A stretch of DNA of 64,000 bases, taken from assembly GCA_046563655.1 (NCBI GenBank), contig CM102286.1, forward strand, positions 14,508,001 through 14,572,000, read 5' to 3'. The first letter of the stretch is position 1; each line of letters starts with the position of its first letter. The stretch comes from Yuukianura sp. NJ FZ-2021. Taxonomy: Eukaryota. Under the pieces are notes generated by a model. It was not told the DNA's origin and made no database searches. It saw nothing but the letters and a program-made list of their open reading frames with translations. Shown one piece after another: positions 1-13,429 of the stretch. The position numbers and the translations under genes are program-made.

Positions 1-1129
1 AATTCCTTGACCTTAGTTGGTCTTCCCAAGACTGAAATCATGACCCTGTCGACCGAACTTAAGCTAAAGTCAATCGTTCTCACGGAACCGACCGCCCTGT
101 ACCAGATCTGGAGTGTCTTTTTGGCAGAACAGCATAAGCTGGAAGTATTTCAGGTTAGACAGCACATTTTTGAGGTTCAGGGATCACATGACTTGAGAGA
201 CAAAGAATTACAGTGAAAAAAAAATAATGAACCGAGTGGGACTCGAACCCACATCGCTTCTATCCAGGAAGAGCTCTAACCCTTGAGCTATCACGTTCCA
301 ATCAAAATTTTGTCCTCAGGTACTCCAGCATCTCCAAGTCCAAGTGATGACGCCGATTATTCAGCGAAACGCCAAAACGCTCAGAAAGGTGAGCCTCAGC
401 CAATCTCTTGTTTGAATCAACTCAAAATTTTGAAAATGTTGAAATTTAAAATTTTCAAAATTTTGAAAACCAGATTGCTATTCACGTCCCACTGCGTCAG
501 AAAGATGGGTACCACAATCCCATGAACTTGGAAATTTTCAGAGACTGTGTTGGGCTGGAGGAACTGATGATCGATCTCAGCCGAACAACGATGCCCAAGG
601 CTCAAGGAGACGTCGAGAACAGTACAAAAAGTTCAACATTTTGAACTTTTCAAAATTCTGAACTTTTTCCAAAATCTATGATCTTCTAGGTGCCAGTGTG
701 CCAAACGTCATCCTGTTACGTGAACTGCCCAAGTCGTTACGGATTCTGGCTCTACGTGACTGTGCATTCCTGACCCACGGCCTCATCCAGATGAAGAACC
801 AACTGAACAAGTTAGAATCGCTTGGACTCGTGTGTATGAAGGACCTCAGTGCAGGATTCGGAGTCAACTACGCAACTCTGCTCCAGCTTCTGCGCTATCC
901 ATCGCTTAACGAACTCCTCGTCACGGGGATTCGTGTGAGCGACAGAGACAGAGTTCTACTGCGCAGGGTCAAGGAATCGGTCAACGCTGAAATGAGACTC
1001 AACCGAACCGGAATCTACATTGGGCATCCAGAGAAACCCAAGTGTCGGTGGGTCATGGGACCAAAAAGTTCGTGCTTCTTTCGGTTCGGTGCGTCGTCAT
1101 GGGGAGTCACAGAATCCGAACCGTGGTGA
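1..1129 (+). CDS. 3' part of a leucine-rich-repeat-like (possibly F-box/LRR) protein; exons <1-153, 320-388, 474-621, 690-1129
   Basis: GT-AG junctions join into one open frame (...EVFQ|VLQHLQVQVMTPIIQRNAKTLRK|IAIHVP...CVGLEELMID...|SASVPNVILLRELPKSLRILALRDC...LNKLESLGL...PSLNELLV) with LxxLxL-type periodicity. Family assignment is tentative. Confidence 0.6.
161..299 (-). mobile_element. tRNA-derived SINE-like element, copy 1 (intronic, antisense to host)
   Basis: Minus strand GGAACGTGATAGCTCAAGGGTTAGAGCTCTTCCTGGATAGAAGCGATGTGGGTTCGAGTCCCACTCGGTTC has an A box, a B box (GGTTCGAGTCC) and D/anticodon/T stems, then a T-run and TGTCTCTCAAG...AACCTCA tail shared with the copy at 23133-23251. Confidence 0.75.
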
Positions 1130-1568
1130 CCTCTGAAACTTTCAGAAACTAGCGGTGAGCTCTGACCTCTGAAAATTTCTGAAATTACGGTGACCTCTGA
1201 CCTCTGAAAGTTCCTCAAATTCCTGGCGACTTTTGGACATCTCGCTTCAAAATCCAAAAACTTTTGACCCCGTTGTCCTGAAATCTCAAAATTCCAAAAT
1301 ATTAAAAAGTTTATTTAAATTGGATTAATTTAATTATAGTTGATTAATTAGCTAAAGTGATACTTAACCTGTTAAAACTGGATAGATATTTAGTAATTCA
1401 AGTGATAGTTTAGGTTATGAGACCAATGGGGAACTAGATTTTCATTGTGTCACATGACGACATGTCATGTGTCACGTATCGGATCAAGTATACTCGGTGA
1501 GTTCATGTTCTTAAGTTTAACGATGATCACATCTAATTAATCGATTAATCGATTAATTAACCCCAACA

Positions 1569-3942
1569 TCAAATCCACTTCATGTCCGTCAGGAACTTGT
1601 GAATGTTGGTCCAGTCGTCCGTTGCTACGGTGATTGGACACTCCCGATGGGGTGACTGGATAAACGCAGTTTTGTACGCAAGGTAGTCCCATGGCTCTAG
1701 GTTTAGTTCGAGGCAGAGCTGTTTTCAAAAAGTTGAAAATTGAAATTTCAAAATTTTGAAAATTAGTTTTCGAAAATGTTGACCTGTATTTCTGGCTGCG
1801 TGAGGAGCCAGACTGCGGGTTTGTTCTCAATGTCAGCAGTAAATGGGGCGTCCGAATCCCTTGGTCCTTCGTCCCTTAGCTGGCAGAAGTCTCCCGGGTT
1901 TTTGTTTTCCGTTGGCAGTCGAAATGTAGGCGGAGCGAATGGCGATACCACGCAGTTTGAGTTGGTATCGTCGCATGAGAACGGCTGGACTGTGGGACTT
2001 TTGACGACACAGAAGAGGTCGGCGTCGACGGCGTCGTTTTGCCTAAAAATGATAATTTTTGAAATGATTTGTTTCAAAATTTTGGAAAACTGTTTTTTAG
2101 AAAAATCATCTTACAGCAACTGTTTCATCTCTGAGAGTTGGGCATTCTTCGTTATCATCGTCATTCGACTCTCCTGTTTTCTTAAGGGACAAGAAACAGA
2201 GTCCACATATGAAACAATTTCCAATTAGTAATTGCATAAATTAACAATTTTAAATCCATTTGGAGCTAGCTATTTATACGTCATATTCGTACCTCTTCTG
2301 TCACAGGAGGAAGGCCAACTTTTAGACTTTTACGGGCTCTGAATTTTTCATATTCGCCTGTAAGGAAAGTAGCATGAAAATTAAACTGCTCGTAAAATTT
2401 TTTTTTGAAAATTTTGATGAAAAATTTTGTTTACCCGCGTCCTGGATTCGAGTCACGCCGTTACGTCGGTATTTGTACAGTTCCTGCAGACGGAATCGCA
2501 GTTCCTTTTCCTTTACTAGATTTTGAACAAAGTGCTGATGCTCCAGGGCCGTGTGGAACTGGGCAAATGGCTTATACTTTTCCAGTAGTTCTCTACAAAA
2601 TAAAACATTTCCAAAATTTTGAAACTTTAATGCCATGATTCACAGTATTCATGAAAGTTTTTAAAACCTTACTTTTCATATGCTTGGAACTTTTTAGTAG
2701 TGGTGGGACGATCTTTCTTGAAAAATTGAGCCACCAGTTGATAGTCTCTTATAACTCGTTTCCTCCGAACACGCTCTCGAAGTCGGCGACTATAAATCCA
2801 GAAAAAAAGTTCCAATCAACGTGTTTTAAAACTTTTAGAAGCACTTGAACATTTAGGAGTAATTGAAAAATCTTACCAGTACATGTCCACCAGTGCCAAC
2901 TTCAGAGCTAATCCGAAGAAAAACGGAATTACTAATTGAAACTTTATGCACTCATGTTAACTTGTGTACCTATTTCAGCCTCTTCATCTTCAGTGTTGAA
3001 AACGAGTTGAGAGACTAATTTCTCTGCGTCATTGTCGTACTCCTTTTCATAGTCATCACGTTTAGGCATATACCCCAGTTGAGAAACCTAAACAACAAAT
3101 ACTTTTCAAAATTCATTTTTCTGGCTATATGATAATCTGAGGATTCGGAGGATTAGTCAGTCCCTAAAAAGTGTACCTCTTCAGAACCGATTTCCAGTTC
3201 TGGAAGTTTTCTTGTGAGGGACGGTGATAAGGGTCCGAAGTCCGGAATGGTTTTGTCAATTGGTCGCTGAATTTTCTCACTTTTGCTAAAGTCTGCCCAC
3301 GTCCTTCCCAGGTTCCCCTCCACAAATCGCTTAACGTATTCAGCCTTTGACTCTGTGAATAAAAATGTAATTGATGGTCACTTTAACGTTAATTACAATT
3401 AATTAACTTTTAGTGTAGTACCTTGTGGAGATTTTGTTTCGACAAACTTGCTAATGTCGTACCAGTTCCCAAATCCATACTGTTCAATAGAATCCAGCAG
3501 TCGGATGTGTTCCTTGGCTGTCCAATTGACTCTACCAGCAGCAGGACCAGGAAACAAGTGGATTCCGCCTGATGACTCCTGTCAATTAACAATTTAACGA
3601 TTAACGTTAATTGATTACCGCCAAACGTTTTCATTTCGTTTCTTTTATCAGGCACTAAGACAGAACTCACGAAAAACTGGTACTCGTGATCCGGTTTATG
3701 TGTCGTGCCGCTAGACAAGTTGATTTCAGCACCAAGTCCGAAACACTAAAATCGTAAAATCCAAAATATTTTTTAAAGTAAAATTTTGAAGTAATCGATT
3801 AATTTAAGTTTTGGATTACCTCTGTACAAAGGCGTAGTTTGTTTGGACATAGTGAGCACTCTATCCCAAGCCCAACTATGTCTTGTTGACATGATGCACA
3901 GGGGGACTGTCGGAAGTGCTCGTCTGCCGACGGTCCAAACAT
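1569..3942 (-). CDS. Ada2b: Transcriptional adaptor 2-beta (SAGA subunit), multi-exon
   Basis: ZZ zinc finger (CASCQQDIVGLGIECSLCPNKLRLCTE|CFGLGAEI...HKPDHEYQF), SANT domain (WTAKEHIRLLDSIEQYGFGNWYDIS), LGYMPKRDDYEKEYDNDAE motif and SWIRM-like end (IHKFLTDMKWI*). ATG 3942, TGA 1569-1571. Confidence 0.9.
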
Positions 3943-4669
3943 CACATCTAAAATCACTCAATGCTTGAATATTCACACTATCCGATGCGGAGTAGATTAC
4001 TTTTAGGACTAATTAATCAATTAATTAACTAATTAGACAGAACAGCTACAGTTAAAATTAAGTAAAAACGCAATAACAAACTAAAAAGTTTAAAATAAAT
4101 AAAAATTGAATGTTTTTCAATTTCAAAATTCAAATTGAGTCAATTCGAGGTTCGAATTTACCGCCACGTCAAATTTTGCTTTATAGCGTCTACCTTCACT
4201 ATGAACATGAACCTGGTGCTTACAATTTCTTCTCTGAATTACTTTTAATATTTAAATACATTAATTTATATTAATTAATTCATATTAAACTAAACTATTT
4301 AACAATTCATTACATGAAATATCTTTTTATGCTCACTTCTTTATATACTCTCCGGAGAACTAAGAAAAAGCAAGTCGTCTCTGGAAAAACCCAAAGTTCA
4401 AAAGTTACCGTAAATACCCGAATATTGGCCAAAAAATTTTTGGAGGGCAAAGGTCATTGACCTTTACGAATTTCACAAATTGATACTTTTTTTATTGAAT
4501 AAACTCACTACTCTAGTAACACTAATGCTAAGGTCAAAAATATTTCTCTGGTGGGTTTTGAGTTAATTTGTCATTTGTGGTATAGAATATCACTGGTGGC
4601 ACATTTTGAATTTGAAATTACAACATTGAGCAAAACTTAAAATTTTCTAAAAATCTGAAATTTGGTGGG

Positions 4670-7600
4670 TCACACCCACCATTTTTGATTTGGGTGGAAC
4701 GGAGGTGGGGGTTGAGAGGAAACGAGTTGAACTGTATTTTGGCCTGGTGGGGGTGGTGGGGCAGAGTAGTCAAATGAGGAGAATGACGGTAAATAGTGGG
4801 CGGGACTTTCAATATTTTTTGAAACTGGCGTTACGGTAACATTCGGTGGTCCCTCCATGTTGTTTCCTTTGTCTCTATTCATACTTTTGTTTCTACTACG
4901 CCCTGACCCGGATTTAGTGTCCTTGTCACTTGTTCTGAAAACAAAAGGTCAAAGGTCAAATTTCAAAAAAATTCAAAAATGCCAAAATTCTTTTTCGAAA
5001 ATCTAACCTTTTTGTTTTATATCTGTGATTTTGAAACCATATTTTAACTTGAGTAGGCGTTAAATGAATTTGATTGGCTAAATGTTCTCTTTCCGGAGCA
5101 GATAAGTATTTTTGATGTTTAAATTTTCGCTCCAATTCGTATGTTTGAGCTTTGCTAAACAAAATTCTGCGTTTGCGCTTCTTCCCTTTGCGTTCTGGAT
5201 CTCGTTCCTCTTCGCTGCCAGCGGAAGAACAAGTACTCGCTTGAGAATCTTGACGCTCAAGTGCAATTCGTCCACGACCAAAGTCTCCTTCACCTTAATC
5301 AAACACAAAAGGTCAAATCTGGGTCAAAGGTCAAAGGTCAAATATGGGTCAAAGGTCAAGGTCAAATTGTGTTACCATTGTTACTATGCATGGCACTGAT
5401 GTACTCATCTCTGACTATAACTGACGCTCGATCTTCTCGGGTCAAAGGTCGATGATGAATTCCCATTTGGGAGTCGCTTGTACTTGAGTCCGCTGCGACA
5501 ATGTGAATCGGATGCCTATATTCCCCTTCACTGTAAATGCAAAAAAAAAATTGAAATTTTTGAAATGGTTTCAAAATTTTGGAATCTTGAATTTTGCGAA
5601 TTTTGAACTGGTAAATTTACCTGGAAGGCGGTTCAGACGAATCTGAGTTGTGCCTCTCCAGCTCCTTGTGCAAAATGTGTCCATTGAGGTGGTGAGCATG
5701 AACTGCTTGTTCGGGGTGGACCAATTCTGGAAATTCAAAAACCAGTTTTTTGAAATTAAAAAAAAATACTTTTTTGAAAAATTGTTGTTGAAAAAGTGCT
5801 TCTGCACTGAGTCAATCATATTGATCTGTAAATTTCATCTAATCTAAAAACTAACAGCTTTTCTGCCAAACTTTTTCTACTCGTTTAAGATTAAACGATT
5901 AAATGGGTCGTGGCTTGTCAAGTGGCTTTATGTTAAACAGCCGATCAAAAAAAAATTAGCAAAAAAAATTGTTTGCTTAGTGCGTATAAGTAATTACCAC
6001 AACAGAAAATTCAATTATGAAATTTCATCTTATGAATTACCAATGAATTACAGAAGAATCTCTCAAATTACAAACGTTATTCAAAATATTGAAAATGCTG
6101 AAATTTGTACTTTCAAAACGGGAAGTGCAAGGTAATTATATGGTAATTACACAGATAATTGTCTAACAAGATCGATGTCTAACAAGCCCCGGCCAATCAA
6201 AGTGCGTTTCCCGACATTTTCTAACAGAATGCAAGCTTTTCAACTTCGAAAAACATTCATCAACGACCGAGAGATCTACTCCATTACAGAAGACCTCACT
6301 GCTGAAACTAGAATGGAACGTCAGAAGAAACGTGAAGCAAGAAACAATGACCCAAGAACCCGCCCACGTCCACCCGGTACATCAACCTCTGGTTCCTGGA
6401 GGAACAGCTCATCTATACCTTAATCCCCCGTCCTTTAAAACGCTATTCCGGCATCCAACTCACTCGAAACTCATCAACTCTCAATTCTCCGGTATTCCAA
6501 TTCCACCGCTAAAATAACTAGTGCTACCTCCCGTATTTCTCCTCCTTGATCAACTGGTGAAACTGAAACTAAAATACACTCGATTAAAATACTTATTTTA
6601 ACCCTTCATTCACCCACATACACAAGTACAACCCAGTTTTTCTACGCTAAGTTTTAAACTCGAACTAGTATTACCTTACCAATTACGATTACTATAAGTC
6701 CAGCTCAAAACAAAGTGTAACTTGATAGGGCAATTGCCAATGTCAAATAAACTAATTGATTGATTACACAGATAATTGGACGTAATTACAAAGCTAGTTG
6801 GAAGTAATTCAAAGGAAGTAATTAGATACTAACAATTATATGGTAAGTATACATGAGTAATTGGAAGTAATTGCATGGTAATTACACGGGTAATTGGAAG
6901 TAATTCAAAGTAATTTAGTAATTACCGGCTGAAGTAGATTCAAAAAAATTGAAAATACAGAAATTTGTACTACCTGAACCGGAAGTTCAAGGTAATTAGA
7001 CGTAATTGGAAGTAATTCAGAGTAATTAAATAATTACGGGTTGAAGTATTCCGAAAAATTGCTAATACAAAAATTTGTGCTACCTGGACCGGAAGTAAAA
7101 GGTAATTATATAATTGGACGTAATTTAAAGTAATTAAGTAATTACCGGTTGAAGTAGGGGAGTGATCTCCTATATGCATAGGTTGGATGACTGTCCAGTT
7201 GGGATAGTAGGGGTCAGGGTGGTCGGAGGGTGGTAGGGCATAGGTCAAGTGGCCATGGTGAGTATATAGCCCCGGGGTAAAGTGCCCCAGGCGGTCCCGT
7301 GACACGTCGCTACTACTGGGCAAGTCCAGTAAGTCACGGACGCTGAACCCGTTTGACCTCAGTTGACCCGGCGGTTGGTACGAACGCAGCTCTCCCGGTA
7401 ACCTATCACAAAACAACAAAAATTCGTCAAAATTTTACTTTTTTTTCATGTTTTCTGAATTTTTTTGAATTTTTAATTCATCAGCATCTTTTTTTAGTCA
7501 AAACTTGATAAATTGTTTATTTGCGAGGCGCCAATATTTGAAAATGTGAATGATTTTTTTTATTTAGCGGGCAAAGCGGAGGTGAGTTGCTATCTGGAGC

Positions 7601-9217
7601 AATTGAAAATGGCGTCACTTGTGCTATAATTTATTTGACAATTAACCTTGATTTGTTCATTTTGTGTCAATAATCTTATCGCAGAGAAGAACATTTAGAA
7701 CTTGCGTGTTGGATTCTGAAATTGAAACGAAATGCATGAATAAAAATTTCAGGTGAGAATTTTCACACCTCCAATTCCAAATCAAACAGCTAAGTTTAGT
7801 ACCAAACTTTTATGATAAAAAGTCACAAAAATTGTGATAACCCGCAGAATACAGAACAGCAGACAGTCAAATCTTATTTAGTTTTCACTTTTTCAACAAA
7901 TAAAGCGCTCAACTGCTCAAGAGTAAGCAAAAAACGTCAAAAGTAAAAAATTTATTGAATTATTTGCTCAACCTTTGCTAAAAATTGACCTGCGGAGAAA
8001 AATTCTGGGAAAACATGAAACATTTTTCACTTTCTCCACTTTCGGCAGTTTGATTTCGTTATAAATCATAAATTGAAATTTTTAGTTTTAGAAATTTCTT
8101 TTCAAAAATTCCAAAGTTTGTACCTACCAACTTTTTTGAAAACTGTTTTTGAAATAGCTTGTTTGTAAAGTTGCAATTTTGAAGTGAGTTTTGAAGTGAG
8201 TTTGTTCATTGTTAAGCAGAAGTATTGCTTCTCTAAATTTGAATTAGCTTTGATTTTTTTTTCAAGTGTGTCTCTTTTGTTTTGATTAAGCAAAATTCAA
8301 GTTCAACTTTTAGTAGCTTTCCTCCACTTTTTTAAAGTGTTAAGTTAGGTTAGTTTCCTTAAGTGCATAGACATTCTTTCATGCTTTTTCAATTGAAAAA
8401 TTTTCTTACACGTGCTTTTTTTAAGTGGATTTTCGAATTTTGCGTCGTTTTTTTATAAACGTGAACTTACTGCTGCTCCTTTCTCTGCGCAAACTGATTG
8501 AAAAGTGATAGCAAAAACAGAACTGACGGCTAATTGATAAGATCTTTGCGTATTGTTTGAAAGTCAAAAAAACTGGTTTTGAAATGATAATCTCGGCGAT
8601 TCAAAAATATGATTCTTTTTTCACCTGGCGATAGAATTGTGCAAAAATTTTGAAATCGCGTTTTTCATAAAACCATAATTCCACACATGCGCTTACATGA
8701 CCCGGTTTAATTTTTTTCTATGAACAAAAAAATTCAGTGCTAATCAATCATCTAACGTTAAAAAAAAAAGTTCCAGTATGAATGTTTTGAAAAGACAAAA
8801 ATTTGAATTTCAAAATTTTCAAATTTTGGAAGTAACTGAATTTAAGTCAGGCAAGTTTCGCTGCAGCTAAAATTTCAGATCTGAAATCTGAGCTCTAGAC
8901 AAATTTGCAACTAAAAAGCAACTAGAATGCAAAATAAAATTAAAATAAAATTTTTTCGAGCGACGTAGTAATTTTGTTTTCGTTGTCCTAAATTCTAAAT
9001 TCTAAATTTTTCAAAATGCTAAACTTTTTTTGGAAATATTTTGTGCGTCTGAATGCTACCTAGAGTATGGTGGTGAGCCTTCGCCATCGTAGTTGGGGTC
9101 AAGCAGTGTTGCCCATGGTGACGGTGCCGTTGAGAATGCTGGATCATCCGGTGGGGCGTAAGTGCCCGGAGGTGGCTGCGGTGCGTATGTCCAGTCGTCG
9201 TAGTACATGGAAACCAT
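4670..9217 (-). CDS. vnd: NK2.2-class homeobox transcription factor; first exon 9217-9060, second 7402-7146, remaining exons between 5726 and 4670
   Basis: Homeodomain [58 protein letters not shown] (Tyr54 NK2 type), TN/eh1 motif FSVRDLLDL and C-terminal WW. Splice phases are consistent from MVSMYYDDW... at 9217 to the stop. Confidence 0.9.
6162..6762 (+). mobile_element. 5'-truncated non-LTR retroposon carrying only an ORF1-like C-terminus, inserted in a vnd intron
   Basis: 16-bp direct repeat ATTACACAGATAATTG at 6146-6161 and 6763-6778. ORF 6175-6423 (RPIKVRF...[14 protein letters not shown]) resembles LINE ORF1 C-termini. The 3' end is AATAAA plus a short (ATTG)n tail. Confidence 0.75.
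6780..7157. repeat. Degenerate GTAATT-rich repeats with ~110-bp tandem units spanning the vnd exon-2 donor
   Basis: ATTACCGG(C/T)TGAAGTA-like blocks at 6921, 7033 and 7141; AAATTTGT(A/G)CTACCTG(A/G)ACCGGAAGT occurs twice; a related unit lies at ~6070-6150. Confidence 0.7.
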
Positions 9218-9525
9218 GGCAACAGGGGTGGCAACAGGGATGGCAACAACCCGAATTCCGACGGAGATGAGGAGTGGACTGGGGTGGGAGTCAGGTGAAT
9301 CGGCCAGAAAAAGTCAATTAGTCCAAGAGATAGTGGACACTTTATCATAGTGGACATAGCTCCACATACTGCCCACTTTTTTTTTATCACACTTTATGAT
9401 AAAAAGTAACAAAACCTAACCGATCTCACAACTAAAAGTCATCCAAATACAGAAGGTGGCGCCAAAAAGAGTAATTTGCATTTCAAATCATTTATTCACA
9501 AACATGAGGTCAAAGGTCAACGGTT

Positions 9526-9902
9526 TCAGTAGAATCCGGTCGGTTGTTCCGGCCGGAAGGTGTCGGATCGGAGGCGTTTGGTCATGACGTAAACGTTGGC
9601 GGGAATGTGGAATGGGAACTCGTAAGTTGTCTCCGATGTCGCCACAAAGTCGTCTTTGGGTTGCCCAATGTCGCCGTTCTGAACTGATCCAACGGAGATG
9701 TCACTCCGACGACCAATTCTCGGAAGAGCCTTTGAAGGCAATTGGTTCCTCTGAAAATTTAAAATTCAATGTTTAAAAAAAATTCGAAGATTTCAAAAAA
9801 TTGAAGTTTTCTTGAGGCTCTTACCGGATCACCTTTGAAATAATTTTGGGGCTGCGGATTTCCTGGATGGACAACAAAAGCCAGCAGCATTAGCAGGCCC
9901 AT
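9526..9902 (-). CDS. ETH: Candidate ecdysis-triggering-hormone-like (PRIamide) neuropeptide precursor; exons 9902-9825 and 9750-9526
   Basis: MGLLMLLAFVVHPGNP-QPQNYFKGDP|RNQLPSKALPRI-GRR-...: short hydrophobic leader, K-x-L-P-R-I core, Gly amidation donor and RR cleavage site. The true start may lie further upstream. Confidence 0.6.
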
Positions 9903-11202
9903 GGTCCCAGACGAACTATAACCTTTGAAATGCACATTTCAAATTATTCCACATTTTCAAAAAATAAGCAAAATTTTTTTTAAAAGTTTGTTTGTTTTGT
10001 ATACAAAAAAGTTGGAGCTTACGCTTCATGTTGAAGTTTACGACGTTTCCAAAATCCTTGGTCAAAATCGGAGTAATTCAAAATTGCACGGGCTCCAGGA
10101 TCTTTTATAGTCTTTGCAAAATGTTTGACTCTTCGAACTTACCCGCATCTCGGATCTTCCAGGATGAGGTCAACGATACACCAAAAGTAGCACAGGCTTG
10201 GATAAATTTTCTGCGTTTTTCGCGGAACAGGTATTCACCTCGCCCGCATTTCAACCCAAAACCATCAATAAACTGTACGTTGACCTGCAATTTTGTTTTG
10301 AAATTGTCCAAAACTTGTAAAAATAATATATTTTTTAAAAAGTTTTGAATGCTGAACTTTTTGAAATTGTGAAAACGCTGTTTGACGCCGGCCAATCCCA
10401 AACGGAATCACATAAACGTACAAAATATGTCCAGAACATACAAACGAAACAAAAACGTTTTCATTTCATCCACAATCCCAAACATCCATTTAATGAACGC
10501 AATCACCAAACGTTTAATAAACGTAAATTTCAAAATATGTCCAGAACATTTATACAGACGAAAGAAAAACGTTTTCAAAAGCATGTTTTATGTTCAAAAT
10601 TCAAAAAAGGCATTGGTGAGCATGCGCTGGGCGTGGAATTTTGGTTTGAATTTGGCGGTTTTGGTATTTGGTGCGCAGAGAAGGGGGCGGAGCTTAGTGT
10701 GAGGAGAGTGCCAATATGCAATGCATTTGAGAGCCTACGCATAGCACAGGGAAAGAGAAAGGGAGAGAAGGAAGACAGATGAGCAAAATGACGACGACCG
10801 AGGAAGAAGTGGACTGAAACAGAAAGTCAAGATACGAAATACTTTCACTCTCCAACACACCTAACAGAATACACCTTGGATACCGTCAGTGGACACTTCT
10901 GGACACTTAATTAACCCAGGTCAAGTAGGGACTGCCTGTTGCCAAGGCAACCTCCGAACTCTCATCGCAAGATCATGGATTAAACAAAGGTCAATCAACT
11001 TAGCACGTTCCCCTTCTTCTCTGTCTCTCTTCTTCTTTTTCTAACGACGACACTTGAATCGATCTCTGTTTTCAAGCCAGTGATTTTAGTTGGTATCCTG
11101 CTGAGAAACAGCAGGACTTTTGTATATAGTCGACTAGGAGAAATCTCCGCAGTTTGTACTGCCAAATACTTGTACTGGTGAATCATCTGACGAGGGCTGA
11201 AA

Positions 11203-13429
<2,227 letters not shown>

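Noticed and set aside
229..299. Functional tRNA genes here and at 23135-23201
   Set aside because: Imperfect acceptor stems, discordant anticodon loops and a shared non-tRNA tail indicate SINE or pseudogene.
1451..1471. CACATGAC/GTCATGTG inverted repeat between convergent genes
   Set aside because: An 8-bp stem is within chance expectation for 64 kb.
9019..9390. ORF-track ORFs 9019-9390(-) and 9067-9270(+) as independent genes
   Set aside because: A third frame gives a Met-initiated exon whose phase-2 donor fits the vnd exon-2 acceptor.
10345..10782. 145-aa ORF upstream of GSK3
   Set aside because: Produced by an AT-rich ~105-bp direct repeat (CAAAATATGTCCAGAACAT twice) and promoter sequence; no protein features.
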